Assembly: GCA_030295235.1 (NCBI GenBank)
Contig: AP026167.1
Coordinates: 744,001-808,000, forward strand
Direction: 5' to 3'
Source of the DNA: Fistulifera solaris
Lineage: Eukaryota
Length of the DNA: 64,000 bases
The notes under the pieces were generated by a model. It searched no databases. It was given only the letters and a program-made list of their open reading frames with translations, and was not told where the DNA came from. This document shows, one piece after another, positions 47,278 through 59,673 of the stretch. The first letter of the stretch is position 1, and each line of letters begins with the position of its first letter. The position numbers and the translations under genes were made by a program.

Positions 47278-50186
47278 TCATCGATACGATCTGTAGGATT
47301 CATTTTCTTTGTCGAGACGTGATCGACTTGATGATGATTGGTGCAACTGATTAATGTACGAAATGTTCGAGGTCTTTAGGCGGCGTTCAGCGCGTTCAAG
47401 GTCCTTTGGCGATCTTTTCTCTCTTTATGCATTTGTTCTTTTGCCGCTGCGTATTTCTTAGAAAGAACCTCGTTGTCGTACTTCATCTGACGGAGCTGCT
47501 CCTGTATTTCCTTATTTCGTGTTTCCTGAGACCGTAAGCGGCGTTCAATGCTCTCAGTTTTTGTGGACTCACTTTCTTTGAGACGTAGAATTTCTTTCTC
47601 TTTCTCGTTATACAAGCGAGCCAACTTCGACATATCAGAAAAGATATTTTCGAGACTATCTCGGAGTTCATGATTCATTTCTTCAGAGCACTCTAAATCT
47701 TGCTCAAGCCTTTCGACATGCTCTCTCAGCACCTTTTCATTCGAAAGTGCTAATTGGTTCGAGTGCTTCAGTGATTCAAGCTCAGTGGACAATCTATGAA
47801 GGTCTGAATTATTTGATTCTAAAGCCGCAGTCAATTCGAAATTCTGTGTTTTCAGTTCTGCACATTGTCGCATTGCTTCATCCAGTTTATTGTCCATACC
47901 ATGTTTGCTCTCGCGACACTCCTCTAAAAGTCGGTTGTATTCGTCTCTCTGATGTTCTGCTTCTTGAACACGGAGTGACAGCTCATTGACATATTGTTCT
48001 GCTCGATTGCGTTCTCCTTGGTGTACCGCTATTTGCCGCTTCGCTTTGAGCTCCATACAATACGCGCTGTCGAGTTTTTGTCTCTGGAATACAATCGATT
48101 GTTGGTGTACTTGGCGCTCGAGTGACTCACATGTCTGTTGAAGAACTCTTTCGCGCTGAAGCAAAACGTGGAGCTCTTTCTGCTGCTCGTCAATCTTTCG
48201 ACGGCCATGTGTGACTAGTCTATGATGGGCATTTTCCAGTGACAGTAATGAACCTAGCAAGATATTTTCATTTCCGTTGTGTGTCATCGTCAACAGCAGA
48301 CAAAGCTTTCGTGAAACACTTTCTCGGCTTACTTTATCACAAAAGGGATCGCTCAGAGCGTCGCTTTGTCCCGATACAAAATCATTAATCGTTTCAATGA
48401 TCCTTTGCTGTCGACGCGTTGGATGACTTTGGATTGAGGCACTCACGAGGGAAGCGAGCAAGCACGCGGTTGCGCTCCGAACGAAGATATCAAAACCTTT
48501 GCTCTCTATGTCGCCTTCGACCAGGACACATGTCTCATCCATACGCGATAAGTTATTTGCCGGGGGTGTGCTTTGTTCGGACTCAAAGCTTTGATTTGAG
48601 TAATCACCTGCTACGATATCAGTTTTATGAATTTTGTTTTTCATCGAGCAAATCAGTCGTTCGAATGTTTCCTCAGGTATAGCCCCCAAAACCTGCTCAC
48701 CGAATGATTGGCTCACTTTTGTCGCATGAAATGCCATATCCAGAAGACATATCGTTTTTGCTGTATGATAATCAGCTGACATCGAAAGGGATGTGTGTGA
48801 AGCGGCCATGTCAATCCAATGTATGATGCACCTTGTATCGATCGATTCCTTGACAGCGTTGGAAAGGCTATTAGAAAGCAGTGGATCTTCACCATTTCTC
48901 AAGATGCGGGTGTACAAACCAGCGGCCCAAATTGAATCCTCAGAGTCAATCTGATTCCAGATGTTGCGGGCGATATTTCCAAGTAAACGAGCAGCATCGT
49001 TGCGATCGATGATTTCATCCAGGTACTGCAATGTCGTGGGCCCCATCACGTAATACATCAAGTAGAGTGTTTGCAAATTCACATGCACTGTGTAAGTACT
49101 GGATTCCTCAGCCAATCTAGACCAATCCCTCTGCAGTTTTTGTCGAACTAAGGGATGAGCTGTCACCTTGTTGCTCAAGGGCTGCAATGTCGATCGAAAG
49201 AGAGTACCGAGTGCATCCTGGGCCCAGCGCGATATCGAAAGGCCAAACTGGTCGGAGAATGCAGCCATTACAACGGCGTCAACAGCATCGTGAATACATG
49301 AGTATTGATCCATATCTTCTGGGCGCTCGTGTGTACCTTGCATTTCCGACAAGGCGATGCACAACTGAAAACACTTCAAAGATAATCTCGTGCAGTTCGT
49401 TTCTAGCATGTTGGCATCCTTGAGTCGCGATGCCTCTCTTACCAAACCCTGCATGAACTTTTCAAAGAATTGCTTATTATAGAGATAGATCCACCCGTGC
49501 TGTTGATGATGAAGTAGTTGAGCGAGAAAACAAGCGCACGTCGATTGCATTTCATCCATCCTAATCAGATTCGAAAATGTTTTGTCGGTGAAATCGGGTG
49601 CTCCGTTAAAGTCATTTCGACCCATCGACTCGACCACAAACTTGATAACGCTTTCCCATTTAACATCATTCGTGTTGGGAATCCACCAGCCCGTGTCTTC
49701 GTCGTTTGGTTTTAAGCAGGTGATGACTATCTGCAGTCGATCGAGCGCTTCCCAAATTGTTGTAAGTGTTGACAATGCAGCAACCCGTAAATGAAGAGTA
49801 TTACAAAACGTAAGTTCCTCTAGTAGCGAAAGAAACAACAGTTTGTCACTGTATTCATTTGAGTGGACTGCGGCCGCATATACCAGTCGAACGTCACAAT
49901 TCTGCAAACATTTGTTGACCAGCAGTAAACCCAGCGCCAGTATAGCATCGTTTTTCGAATTTCTCGCTCGTGTCGTAAAAAACCAGTCAACGAGACGCAT
50001 TATATGAGTCAGTTTCCAGTCCATTGACGGATGCAGGGTAGTAATGAGTTGAGGAAGACGGTGCTCCAGTGTTTGCGCGTTCGCCATTTCGAGTTGCTGC
50101 AGCAATGTTTCGGGTGTATCAGGTTGCGACAAGGAGGTGTCGCGACGTTGTTGAGTGTAAGGGTTGGTGTAGGAGAACGAGTTCAT
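47278..50186 (-). CDS. Large helical (ARM-like) protein with long C-terminal coiled coil
   Basis: 936-aa intact ORF with a Leu-rich helical N-terminal two-thirds and heptad-rich C-terminus. A likely indel at ~47405 extends it to ..DKENESYRSYR* (47278). Confidence 0.65.
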
Positions 50187-50622
50187 TCTTTCAGTGCTGG
50201 TTTAAAGGGAAGATAATGTGTTGAATTGAATTGCAAATGAAAGTCTCTTTTGTGATTTGGTTTGAGCTGTGGAATTCGTGGTCGCCCGCCCGGCAGTTTA
50301 AAGTGAAGGTCAACGGACACTTTATTAAGTAAATAAATCGCATTGCACCTGTTGCTATAGACTATAGCGCAAATAGTTGTCTGGGCAATGGTTATTGCTC
50401 CTGGAATGCCCCTAAACGCTGAATCCTCTCCACGAATTAGGATTAGGTATTGGGTACCGTACAGACTTGAAGATGATTGCAGCTTTTCTGGCTGTCGCAC
50501 GTCGCAGGGGTACTTTTGATGGAGTATTTGTTGTTCGTTCAAGCCATGTTCAAGCCGATCAAAATGGTCGACCGAACGTCTATCTTTAGAACATCGCTTT
50601 CTGTGCAGCGGGTTGCTAGAAA

Positions 50623-51576
50623 ATGGGACCTCCTACACTGTGGCAGAGTTTTCGACAGATAATCGGACGAGCGACGCGAGAAACAGGACAAGCAATTGAT
50701 CGTGTCGGTGTCAAAACCGCCATGTTAGCTGTCACTAAACATGATTTTTACGACGATCCTGTACGATTTGAAGATCATTTAAGTCGCCACCGTCAACTCT
50801 TTCCCTTATTGACCGCGGGAAGACCTGTCGTTCATCCAGAAGTGGCGTACGTCGCACCTTGCGCGACTTTGATAGGGAGCGTTCGTGTTGGACCGGGGAG
50901 CAGTATTTGGTATGGAGCTATAATAAGAGCAGACGCGTGCGAAAATGCCGAATCCTTCAAAAAGACGGACGAAGAAATACTGGCGGAGGAATTTGAGACT
51001 TGGCAACTACCGGAAAAAGGTAACAGGGACGACTCTCTTACAGGAGGCGGAGTTTACATCGGACAAAACACAAACATTCAAGATGCTTGCATAGTTACGG
51101 CCAAAGCAGATCACTGCCGAATAGGCAACGGGGTTACGGTAGGCCATTTAGCACAAATACATAGCGCTACCATTGAGGATTTTTGTTTGATTGGAATGGG
51201 GTCCATTATTCAAGAAGGAGCGACAATCAGCAGAGAAACACTCATTGCTGCCGGGACAGTTGTTACAAAGGGACAAGTGATTGGTGCAGGAGAGCTTTGG
51301 ATGGGAAATCCGGCTAGAAAGGTTCGTGATTTGACTGATGAAGAGAAAGAACGTTTACATTATCAAAGCAATGAGTACGTCACGGTTGCCGTGGGACATC
51401 AAGGGACTATGCAGCTGGGCGGGAATCTTTCCGAGTCCATGCTCTTGTCCCAGGGGCAAGTGGATGATTCACAAGAAGATAATGATTCACTGAAAAGCGG
51501 CGACCGAGAGGTGGAACAGATCGATGCTACATCCATAACTAAAGATCCTGTTCCTGTGGCTGCTTCGAATCGATAG
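50623..51576 (+). CDS. Gamma carbonic anhydrase-like subunit (mitochondrial complex I type)
   Basis: GRATRETGQAIDRVG, LSRHR, hexapeptide repeats, SSIWYGAIIRAD, NIQD, VGH and ELWMGNPARKVR. Confidence 0.9.
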   Translation: MGPPTLWQSFRQIIGRATRETGQAIDRVGVKTAMLAVTKHDFYDDPVRFEDHLSRHRQLFPLLTAGRPVVHPEVAYVAPCATLIGSVRVGPGSSIWYGAIIRADACENAESFKKTDEEILAEEFETWQLPEKGNRDDSLTGGGVYIGQNTNIQDACIVTAKADHCRIGNGVTVGHLAQIHSATIEDFCLIGMGSIIQEGATISRETLIAAGTVVTKGQVIGAGELWMGNPARKVRDLTDEEKERLHYQSNEYVTVAVGHQGTMQLGGNLSESMLLSQGQVDDSQEDNDSLKSGDREVEQIDATSITKDPVPVAASNR

Positions 51577-51658
51577 CTTGTACGCGTCTAGTCCACCCAA
51601 CGCTCAACTCGCTTTGGCTTATAAAATAAGGAACATAGATTTTTCGGTACTCATTTCA

Positions 51659-54600
51659 TTATTTATGTTTCTTTTGAAAACCAGCCAAAACCGATTTCGA
51701 CCACAAAGACGACCCGGACTTGTTAGGTTGTGGGGGAGTGACCCGCCGACTCGATCCCGGCTTGTCTGTCACGGCAAAATTGCTTCTAGATTGACTATTC
51801 TCCGTGGTGGCGCGAAAGACAACATGATTAAATGAAATGCTGGTACTTTGCTGATGGATTCGTGTCTCTGAGGAAGTAGCGGCTCCCGTTCGAACAAAAG
51901 AAGTACGGCTTTTGGAACGACGATTAGCCTGCAAAGCGATAGCAAGACTTCCACCGGCATGAAAAACTTCACCGAAGATTCCCTTTTTCTGTCGCTTACT
52001 TCCACCGGTGTCCGATGCAGATTTGCTAGCAGTCGATGACACGCTCCGCTTTCTCGCTAGTCCGTTCTAATGCGCCGATGTTAGGAAAGTCGTATAGTCA
52101 CAAATGCACTGAGGCGACCGACGTACCTTCATTCTCTGTAAATCAGTCTTAATCATTTCATCATCGTCAATCAACTTGGACCGGGAAAATTCTTCATCAT
52201 GTCCATGTGCATCTATCAGTCGCTGCATTCGAGCACGTTTGGAAAATCGCTTGGCGAGTCTCTCTTGTTCGCGTTCTTCCTCTGTTTGCTTATCATCGTA
52301 CTCTCCGTCCCCTGATGCTTTATCATCATCATCTTCGTCACCTGAGAAGTCTTCCTCAACTTCGACAGAGCTTCTGTGCAAAAAACGATCTTTGAGCATT
52401 TTGTCGAGGAGCGCGTTTTCGTCTTCTTCTTCATCATCACTATCCTTCTTTGCGGCGTCATCTTCGCTGTCGAGCTCGTCATCATTCAAGAGACCTAATC
52501 GTTTTGCGTCCTCGCGATTGTCAGCAGCCACAAGCTGATCGAATCTATGAATACCACGAGCACTTCCACCAGCAATGCCACCGCGACGGCCGTCATAACC
52601 ATCTCGCATTCTTCGAAGGATTTCTTTGTGCCGTTCTTTCTCTTCTTTCTTCTGCTGCTCCCTTCTCGCCTTTTCACCTGCATCTTCGTCACCTTCATTG
52701 TCAGAGAGCTCATCAACGACATCATCCATATCTTCATCATCATCGGGAAGATTGTCTTCGTCCTCTTCATCGTCATTCTTCTTCTTGTGAATCTTGAAAC
52801 CGAAATCCTCGAGTCCGGCAACTTCCTCTTCCTCCTCTTCTTCAGCTTCTTCTTCGACGAGGCTACCCTTGCCTCGTCTCTTAAGTCGCTTCAGCTTTTC
52901 TTCTTCGCGCTTGAGCATGGCTTTCCATGCAGCGTTTCGCGGTCCTTTCGGCTTTTCAGGCTCAGCCTCTGTACGTTGGTCCCCTATTTGAGTTTCTTCG
53001 TTATCTTCATTAGGATCGCTGTGCGCACCCCCCTCGTTATCATCGTTGCTTGTGGATTCTGCGAGTGTCACTTCTGCCGAGTCATTGTTGCTTTGTAACT
53101 TTAAATCCTCTTTGCTCTCGACAGGGTTTACTTTTAGTGTGAATCGACCACCATCTTCGTGATCTACCTGATTCTTCGACGTAGAAACAAATGAATTATC
53201 AGCGGGAGGGGCCGGTACCGCGTCGTGACCACCCGCGACACTACTAGCAACTCTTGTACTTGCTGACTCAACCTCATCCTCGCCTAAGTGACTTGTTTCA
53301 TCTACAAGATTGGAGTTTGACGCTAGAACGCCCATCTCACGGGCCATTGCGATTTCTTCGTCCTCTCCATCTTCGTCCGTAGGCTTTTCGTCATCATAAT
53401 CTTCGCGACTTTGGTCCTCGTCGGGTGGGGTTTGCTGCCCCTCATCTTCTTCGCAATTCACTCCGAGCTGCAACAAACGTTCTTGTCTCAATTCGCTTTC
53501 CTTTAAGCGCTCCTGCTCTCGTGCCAGCTGCAACTGCCGCTTTCTTTCTTCAAGCTGCACGCAATCTTGAATATGCTCTTGTTCGTTCTTGTAGCCTAAT
53601 TCCTGGGCGAGCCACAAGTTACCCATTTTCTGATGCTTCGATTTCAATTGACGTTTCAAATTAGCAAGACTGCGATTGGGTGAGATTGTGGGCTCCTTAC
53701 GGTGACCAGCAAGCTTGGGACTCGACAACTCCAACAAAGACAGTACATCTCTTTTGACTTTTTTTGGACTGTTACGTGTCAACATGAGCGTCTTGGTTGG
53801 TCCAGTGATTTCAAGATCGTCGTCGCTATCACTATCACTTGAATGGTCGTCTTCGACAGGCACGTTGTTTGTCGTGTCGTCGATGGGATCTGCTTCGGAC
53901 GTGTTTGATTCTACTGTTTCTAGGGGTTTTGATTTAATAATTGGCTGCGCCTGCAGTACATTCCATCGCTTCTGATCCAATTTTTGCCACAAGTTAACAC
54001 GGTTAGAGAGTCGCTCGCGCAATTGATCATCCGTTTGAGTTTCAAATTTGGCTGCAATTTGTTCCGCGCGTTCTTGATCTTTCGATTCATACTGTAGCTC
54101 TTCATTGCGTACACGCAATTCTTGCATACGCTTCTTGCGCAAGTGCTCCGCTTGGATGCGCAAAGCTGATTTCTGTAGACCTTTGTTGAGCTTCTTACGC
54201 CGAGTCTTTTCGCTGACTAAGCCACGTGTTCGTTTGATTGCGACCACTCGAGTTCGTTTTGCTTTCGATGCACGCGGCTTGCGGGCGTCCGGTTCGTATT
54301 CGTCGTCGGCGTCGCCAATTTCTTCCTCCTCTTCGTCACAAGCCTCTTCTTCATCATCGTGTCCTTCTTCATCAGAAGAGTCACCTTTTGAGCTTTCGTC
54401 CGACTTTTCCTTTTCTTGCTGGTGCTGCCATGAGGTTATGAGTTCCACTAAACGCTGGCGGACGGCTTTCTTGATGGCTTTATCCAGCGACACTCCGAGT
54501 CTCTCCAAAATCTGTTTGACGGTGACCGATCCTTTGTCTTCGACCTCATCAAAAAGCTTATCGGTAGCCTTCAAAATCGTTTCCAATGACGGAGCTTCAT

Positions 54601-55147
54601 CCTCACCAGAGTCATCGTCGTCTTCCTGTCCTTTGGCGTTTGATTTCACTGCCGTATTTGTCGTGGGCGACTGTGACTTGTCCTCCGATCTTTGATAAGA
54701 GGGTAGTGCACTGATTTCGTCTTCATCATTGCTATCCTTCTCGCCATTATTGTGGTCGCTTTCGGCACCATCTTCGAAAAGTTCATTGGTAGGATCATTC
54801 GAGTCCTCGTCGCTTGCTTTCGTTGCTGAAAGATAATCTTTCTCAGCGTCATCAGTCGTTTCCTCTGTGTTCGGTTCCGCGTCAATCACCGGATTGTCTG
54901 CCTCGGTCTGATTGTCGTGGCAATCTGCTTCGGCTTCTTCCTCCTCATCATCATCACTAGCGAGACCCTGAACGGATCCGTCATCATCCCATAAAGACGT
55001 CACGGGCTGTTCTTCTAAGACCATGGACGGCAATTCCTCTGCATTCTCTTTGTTGTTGTACACCGTTTCATTTTCCACCTTACTTCCGAAGGTACGGCGT
55101 CGTTGCACCAGGCGCTCATACGCCGTGCTTACAGTTTCCTCTGTCAT
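51659..55147 (-). CDS. Mrc1/Claspin-like acidic protein with possible DEK-C-like domain
   Basis: Very acidic and >1000 aa, with SLVEEEAEEEEEE..GLEDFG..ELSDNEGDE..RRMRDG (MRC1-domain-like). Intron at ~52058-52126. Confidence 0.6.
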
Positions 55148-55320
55148 TTGATGAGTTGTGTGCTCGAAAGAGGCTCTTCTAGTTGGTAAGAATATGCTGT
55201 TTGTGATGCTCTAACTACCCGTTTTAGTTTTTGTGATATATTTCGTCGCCGCAAAGTTGGAGGGAGAGGCGCGCCGGCGTGCACCTCTCGTATTCAAAAC
55301 AAAATGGAAGCCGGCGGACG

Positions 55321-55369
55321 CCCAAATTTTCTGGGCACGTGGAAAAACTGCACCCCCAGATTTTCTGGG
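55321..55369. repeat. Two CCCAGAAAAT(C/T)TGGG palindromes homologous to the 34.1-kb array
   Basis: CCCAAATTTTCTGGG at 55321-55335 and CCCAGATTTTCTGGG at 55355-55369. Spacing is 34 bp with a related spacer (GTTTTTCCACGTG on the minus strand). Confidence 0.85.
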
Positions 55370-55411
55370 AGCTTGAACACCTCTCTTACATATTTTCTGT
55401 GCAAATGATCG

Positions 55412-55745
55412 GGTGTGCATTGCAAAAGCTGCTTACATTCATAACATGCTAATAAGGCCTTGCAAACTATGCACATCGGACGGACCTTTGTAGTCTGAAC
55501 TCATTTCCTAGACTGGAAAAATTTTGATTCATGACTGAAATGCAGTCGTGGTGATTTTATGCAAAGAACGATTTGCAACGCTTTCCACGAACGTAATTGA
55601 TGCGTGCATTGCTAAGTTGCTTACATTCATAACACGGTTATAAGATAGATCAGGGTCTGCAAATGGGACGGACCTTCGTAATCATGAACTTCTTTCCTCG
55701 CTTATTATTATTCATCACTCGTGACTGAATTCAGTCGTTGTTGAC
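55412..55745. repeat. Diverged ~190-bp tandem duplication in intergenic DNA
   Basis: The blocks GTGCATTGC..TGCTTACATTCATAACA..GGACGGACCTT..TGAACT..TGACTGAA.T.CAGTCGT occur at ~55415-55552 and again at ~55604-55742. Confidence 0.8.
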
Positions 55746-56024
55746 AACGACCCGTAATAATTAAATGCAATTCCTGCTAAGAATTATAGCACCTCGATTT
55801 CGATATACAGAGACATTACAAACCAGGTCTACGTCAGTTAGCATGAATTTGTGTAGAAAAGGTCAAAAGTGACTGGTATAGTTACTGATCATCAGCGTTG
55901 TCGTAGATTTGCTCGCCAAATTAGCTTCAGCTTTGATACATCACCGAGGACAGTGTGTGCTGCAAGGTCTTCAGGCCTATAAGTCGCGTTATATCTTGCT
56001 GTTAACAAATGATTTGGTACCATT

Positions 56025-57769
56025 TCAAGTAATAGAGGATTTCGAAGATTCGGTCAATTCAATAGACGTTCCACTGTTGTCTTCCGTACAATCGCCGTGG
56101 GTCTGTCGGTCCAGATCATCCTGGCTCAGCATGGTATAAGTTGATAAAGCCACCAGTATTCCAATCATTCCGACAACTCCGTACATAAGAATAGATGCTG
56201 AATTTCCCATCCACTCAACAGACTGACTGGCTAAGAATCCAGCAAAGACAGGACCCAGTGCTTTTGCTGCACTTCCACCCAGCATGGACAGTCCGTTCAT
56301 GGTGGCACGTTGCTCCGAAGGCACAGATCGATTGGTTAGAACAGTGATGCTAGTGAAGAAAACGAAGCCAAAGATGCGGTATTGTGCCATCATAATGGCC
56401 AGGAAGAAATAAGTGGTCCATTTCAAAGTACCCGTTTCGGCACCATGATTCATCAACACGGCCAGTGGCAGCAACAGAAGTGCCGGTGATGAAACCAAGG
56501 CGCCCATTCGAAGCGCCCCTAGCAGTCCAAACCGATCGTATATTGTCGAATACAAGACATACTGACACGATATGAAGATAAGTCCGACGAGTGCAAGTAT
56601 TTCTCCAATTCCTTTTTCCGACAACCCAAAGCCGGCCACTTGCGACATGCAAAACAAAGGAAACAACTCATCGACCGTTAAACCAGCAAATGAGTAGACC
56701 CAGTAAATGCATAGCGATACCCGCGTGACGCGGCGTGTCCACAGATCTTTCATCGAAGTAGGTTTGGATGCTTCGGCTTCCTTCGCAGGTGTTGACGCTT
56801 CGACGAACACTCCTACATCAGAATCGTGTTCTTTCAAGACGGGAACCGCTTGATACCGCGTCGATCGTTTGCAACACCGACAGAGAAGTTGAGTTGCATC
56901 CTGCAACAGTAGTCGGGGGTCACGTAGTCTGGAAGTAGGTAGCGTTTCTACCACAAAGAGGTAAACCAAGAGCGCTGCCATCAAACATAGGACTGCTCCG
57001 AGTAAATTGGGCAACAGGAACGGATATGTTTTCAAAATCCAGCCGAGCCATCCGTGTCGTATCCATTGCACCGAAGCATATTGCTTCTGAGGTTCTGCTA
57101 AAATTCCTGATACAACCGGTGACACTAGGAAGCCCAGTCCCCACATTCCAATCACCAAACTCATCATGTCCGTTTCGGCCTTTTCATTACCACGACAGAT
57201 TTCGGATACGATTGTTTTGAGCGTCGCTACAATCCCATTGGAAAGTCCTAACGAAAATCGGAAGAACAAGGCCCACGTAAATTGTCGCGATGTTCCAAAG
57301 CCTAAGGAAAACACGGCCGATAACAGTAATGACGACAGCAAAACAAAGACACGTCCGTATCGATCGGCCACCATTCCCCATGGCAACGAGGTAAAAGTCC
57401 GACCCGCCATGAAGGACGCCGCAATGAAACCCGCGTATTTGCCGCACGTCTCGGAATTGATTCCGTCGATCAACTCAATGGCCATGTATCCGGCATAAGG
57501 AACGACGGAAATAAGTAAGTCTAGAAGGAGTAACAGTAGACGTTAAGAAGAAAGGAAAGAAGGAATCAATGTATGCACGATAGGAGAGAGCAAAGAAGAG
57601 GTGAGTAAGGCACTACGTAGATGACACCAACAAGCGACAACGAGAGTTCTGGGAACGTATACGTACAAGAATGTGTCAACATGCATAAACAAAGTGCTAT
57701 TGTGATACTTCTTCTGCTTTGATTGCTGCCCTCGAGAGAGGTATTATGAGTATTGCTATTTTCCTCCAT
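56025..57769 (-). CDS. MFS transporter (ZIFL/TetA-like drug:H+ antiporter)
   Basis: WGMVADRYGR motif A, YPFLLPNL, QRATMNGL and about 12 TM helices. Intron at ~57520-57666. Confidence 0.9.
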
Positions 57770-58205
57770 TGTTTTCTATTCCACGACAAAGTATGAATGA
57801 TATGTATTCTGAAATAATATGCTATCCAAGTAAATAATGAGCCCGACAGAGAAACGAACAAGAAATCCGTGAAGGAAAGAAATGCAGTCACGCAGAGTCA
57901 CGCGATTAAGGTGCGATCATCACATCAAAAGGGTGCGAGTTATTAGAATCGCGAAACGCGCAAAATAACATGCTTTGTGTCACAGCGTGATTCCTGTCGG
58001 CACTCACATTCGGGAATGCGAGTGCGAGTCTTGTATTGCAAGGCGGAAAGATTTTTTCTCGCGTTGTTATTTTTTGTTGGCGCCGCATTTATTGGTTGCC
58101 TTTCATTATTTCTTGAATAAATCCCTTGATTCAAGCCTTTCCCTTAATTAAACATTAACTCATTAAAAGTTCAACGCAGCAACAACAGTAAAAGCTACAG
58201 CACAA

Positions 58206-59185
58206 ATGGCGAAAAAGAAAGTCCTCTTAATGGGCAAAGCCCACTCGGGCAAGACGAGTATGCGTTCTATTATCTTTGCCAACTTCTTGGCGCGTGATAC
58301 GACACGTCTAAGTCCAACCTTGGACGTCGAACATCATCATGTACGCTTTTTGGGTGATTTGGTATTGAATTTGTGGGATTGTGGAGGACAAGATGCCTTT
58401 TATGAATCGTACTTTGAACGCGATCGAGAAACCATCTTTCGCTCCGTCGAATTGCTCATTTATGTCTTTGACATTGAATCAGAAACGCCCGTTAAAGATT
58501 TTGATCATTTCTGTGGAGTCCTCGAAGCAATTGAAGAGAATAGTCCCGATGCCCGCATCTTTGTGTTGGTGCACAAGATGGACTTGGTGGCTGTGGAAGA
58601 TCGAGAAGCAATTTTGCAAGAACGCAAGCAGTTGATTGAAGAGTCGTGCAAAAATTGTGGTGTGGAACATTTCCAGTGCTTTGGAACCAGTATCTGGGAT
58701 GAAACCTTGTACAAGGCCTGGAGTGAGATTGTTACGAATCTCATTCCCAACTTGAGTTTGTTGGAATCCCATTTGAATAACTTTTGTCGTATTTGTGATG
58801 CAGATGAAGTGGTTCTTTTGAGAGGGCTACATTCTTGGTCATTGCACACGCACAGAGCGAAGACGCAGCGTCACCAGACGATGATAGTACGGATCCGACG
58901 TGGGATGAGCACAAACATATTCACCGAACTCCTCACTTTGATGCTCACCGCTTTGAAAAGATTTCGAATATTGTTAAGCAGTTTAAATTATCTTGTGGAA
59001 AAGCGCAATCTCAGTTTCAAGGAATGGAGGTTCGAAACAGTCGATTTGCGGCATACATTGATGCCTTTACGGCGAATACCTACATTATGGTGATTGTTTC
59101 CAACCCGATGGTGCAAACACAAGCCACCATTCTCAACATACAGAACGCTCGACATTTGTTTGAAAAATTCATTCCGCGCATTTAA
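58206..59185 (+). CDS. RRAGA: Rag GTPase RagA/B (Gtr1)
   Basis: [50 protein letters not shown] and [17 protein letters not shown]. Indel at ~58818. Confidence 0.96.
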
Positions 59186-59382
59186 CATAAAGAAATTATA
59201 CTTGTATGTGCAAAGACGGTACGACAAGCTGTGGCAATGGATTGGGTGTTTTGTGTCGTTAAAAATAAAGCAATTACTTTGTAAATTCGTCTGTCTGGAG
59301 TAGAGTGTCTCGAAAGTTCTTCATCAATCATACGATCAATTTGTGCTTTAACGAAAAGTCTTTCTTTCTTTACAAAGTTGCC

Positions 59383-59673
59383 TCACTCTTTGTTTGCACC
59401 GCCAAATTTAGCCACTTCCTTGGCGTTTTCACGGAAACCCATGAGTCTTCCGCGTGTGTTTTGCATCGCCACTAAACTACCAAACGTCATTCCAATGCCT
59501 GCCATCAGACCTGCCATTCCGAAACGAGCCGGGCGTCCCACCATGAAGCCATATCCCCAACTTGCCACCGTAACACCTGCCCATTGCAAGTAATCAGAAG
59601 TTCGGATCGCCTTGATGCAATCGTCCACCGTTGGACTTTCTTTGACGACGGGGAATTTTGCGACGGGGGGCAT
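59383..59673 (-). CDS. Mitochondrial complex I accessory subunit NUXM (21 kDa family)
   Basis: FPVVKESP...R.SDY...G..FGSLVAMQNTRGRLMGFREN matches the remembered NUXM signature. Confidence 0.8.
   Translation of the reverse strand: MPPVAKFPVVKESPTVDDCIKAIRTSDYLQWAGVTVASWGYGFMVGRPARFGMAGLMAGIGMTFGSLVAMQNTRGRLMGFRENAKEVAKFGGANKE

Noticed and set aside
1..59185. Frameshifts in many conserved genes (chlH, VIP1, CDPK, argC, RMND1-like, MAG, MATE, RagA and others) read as programmed frameshifting or mass pseudogenisation
   Set aside because: They are single-base indels, mostly in homopolymer runs, in otherwise intact essential genes with no nonsense substitutions. This is the usual signature of long-read consensus error.
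50623..59673. Functional cluster of complex I genes (gamma-CA and NUXM)
   Set aside because: They are separated by three unrelated genes; proximity is explainable by chance in a compact genome.
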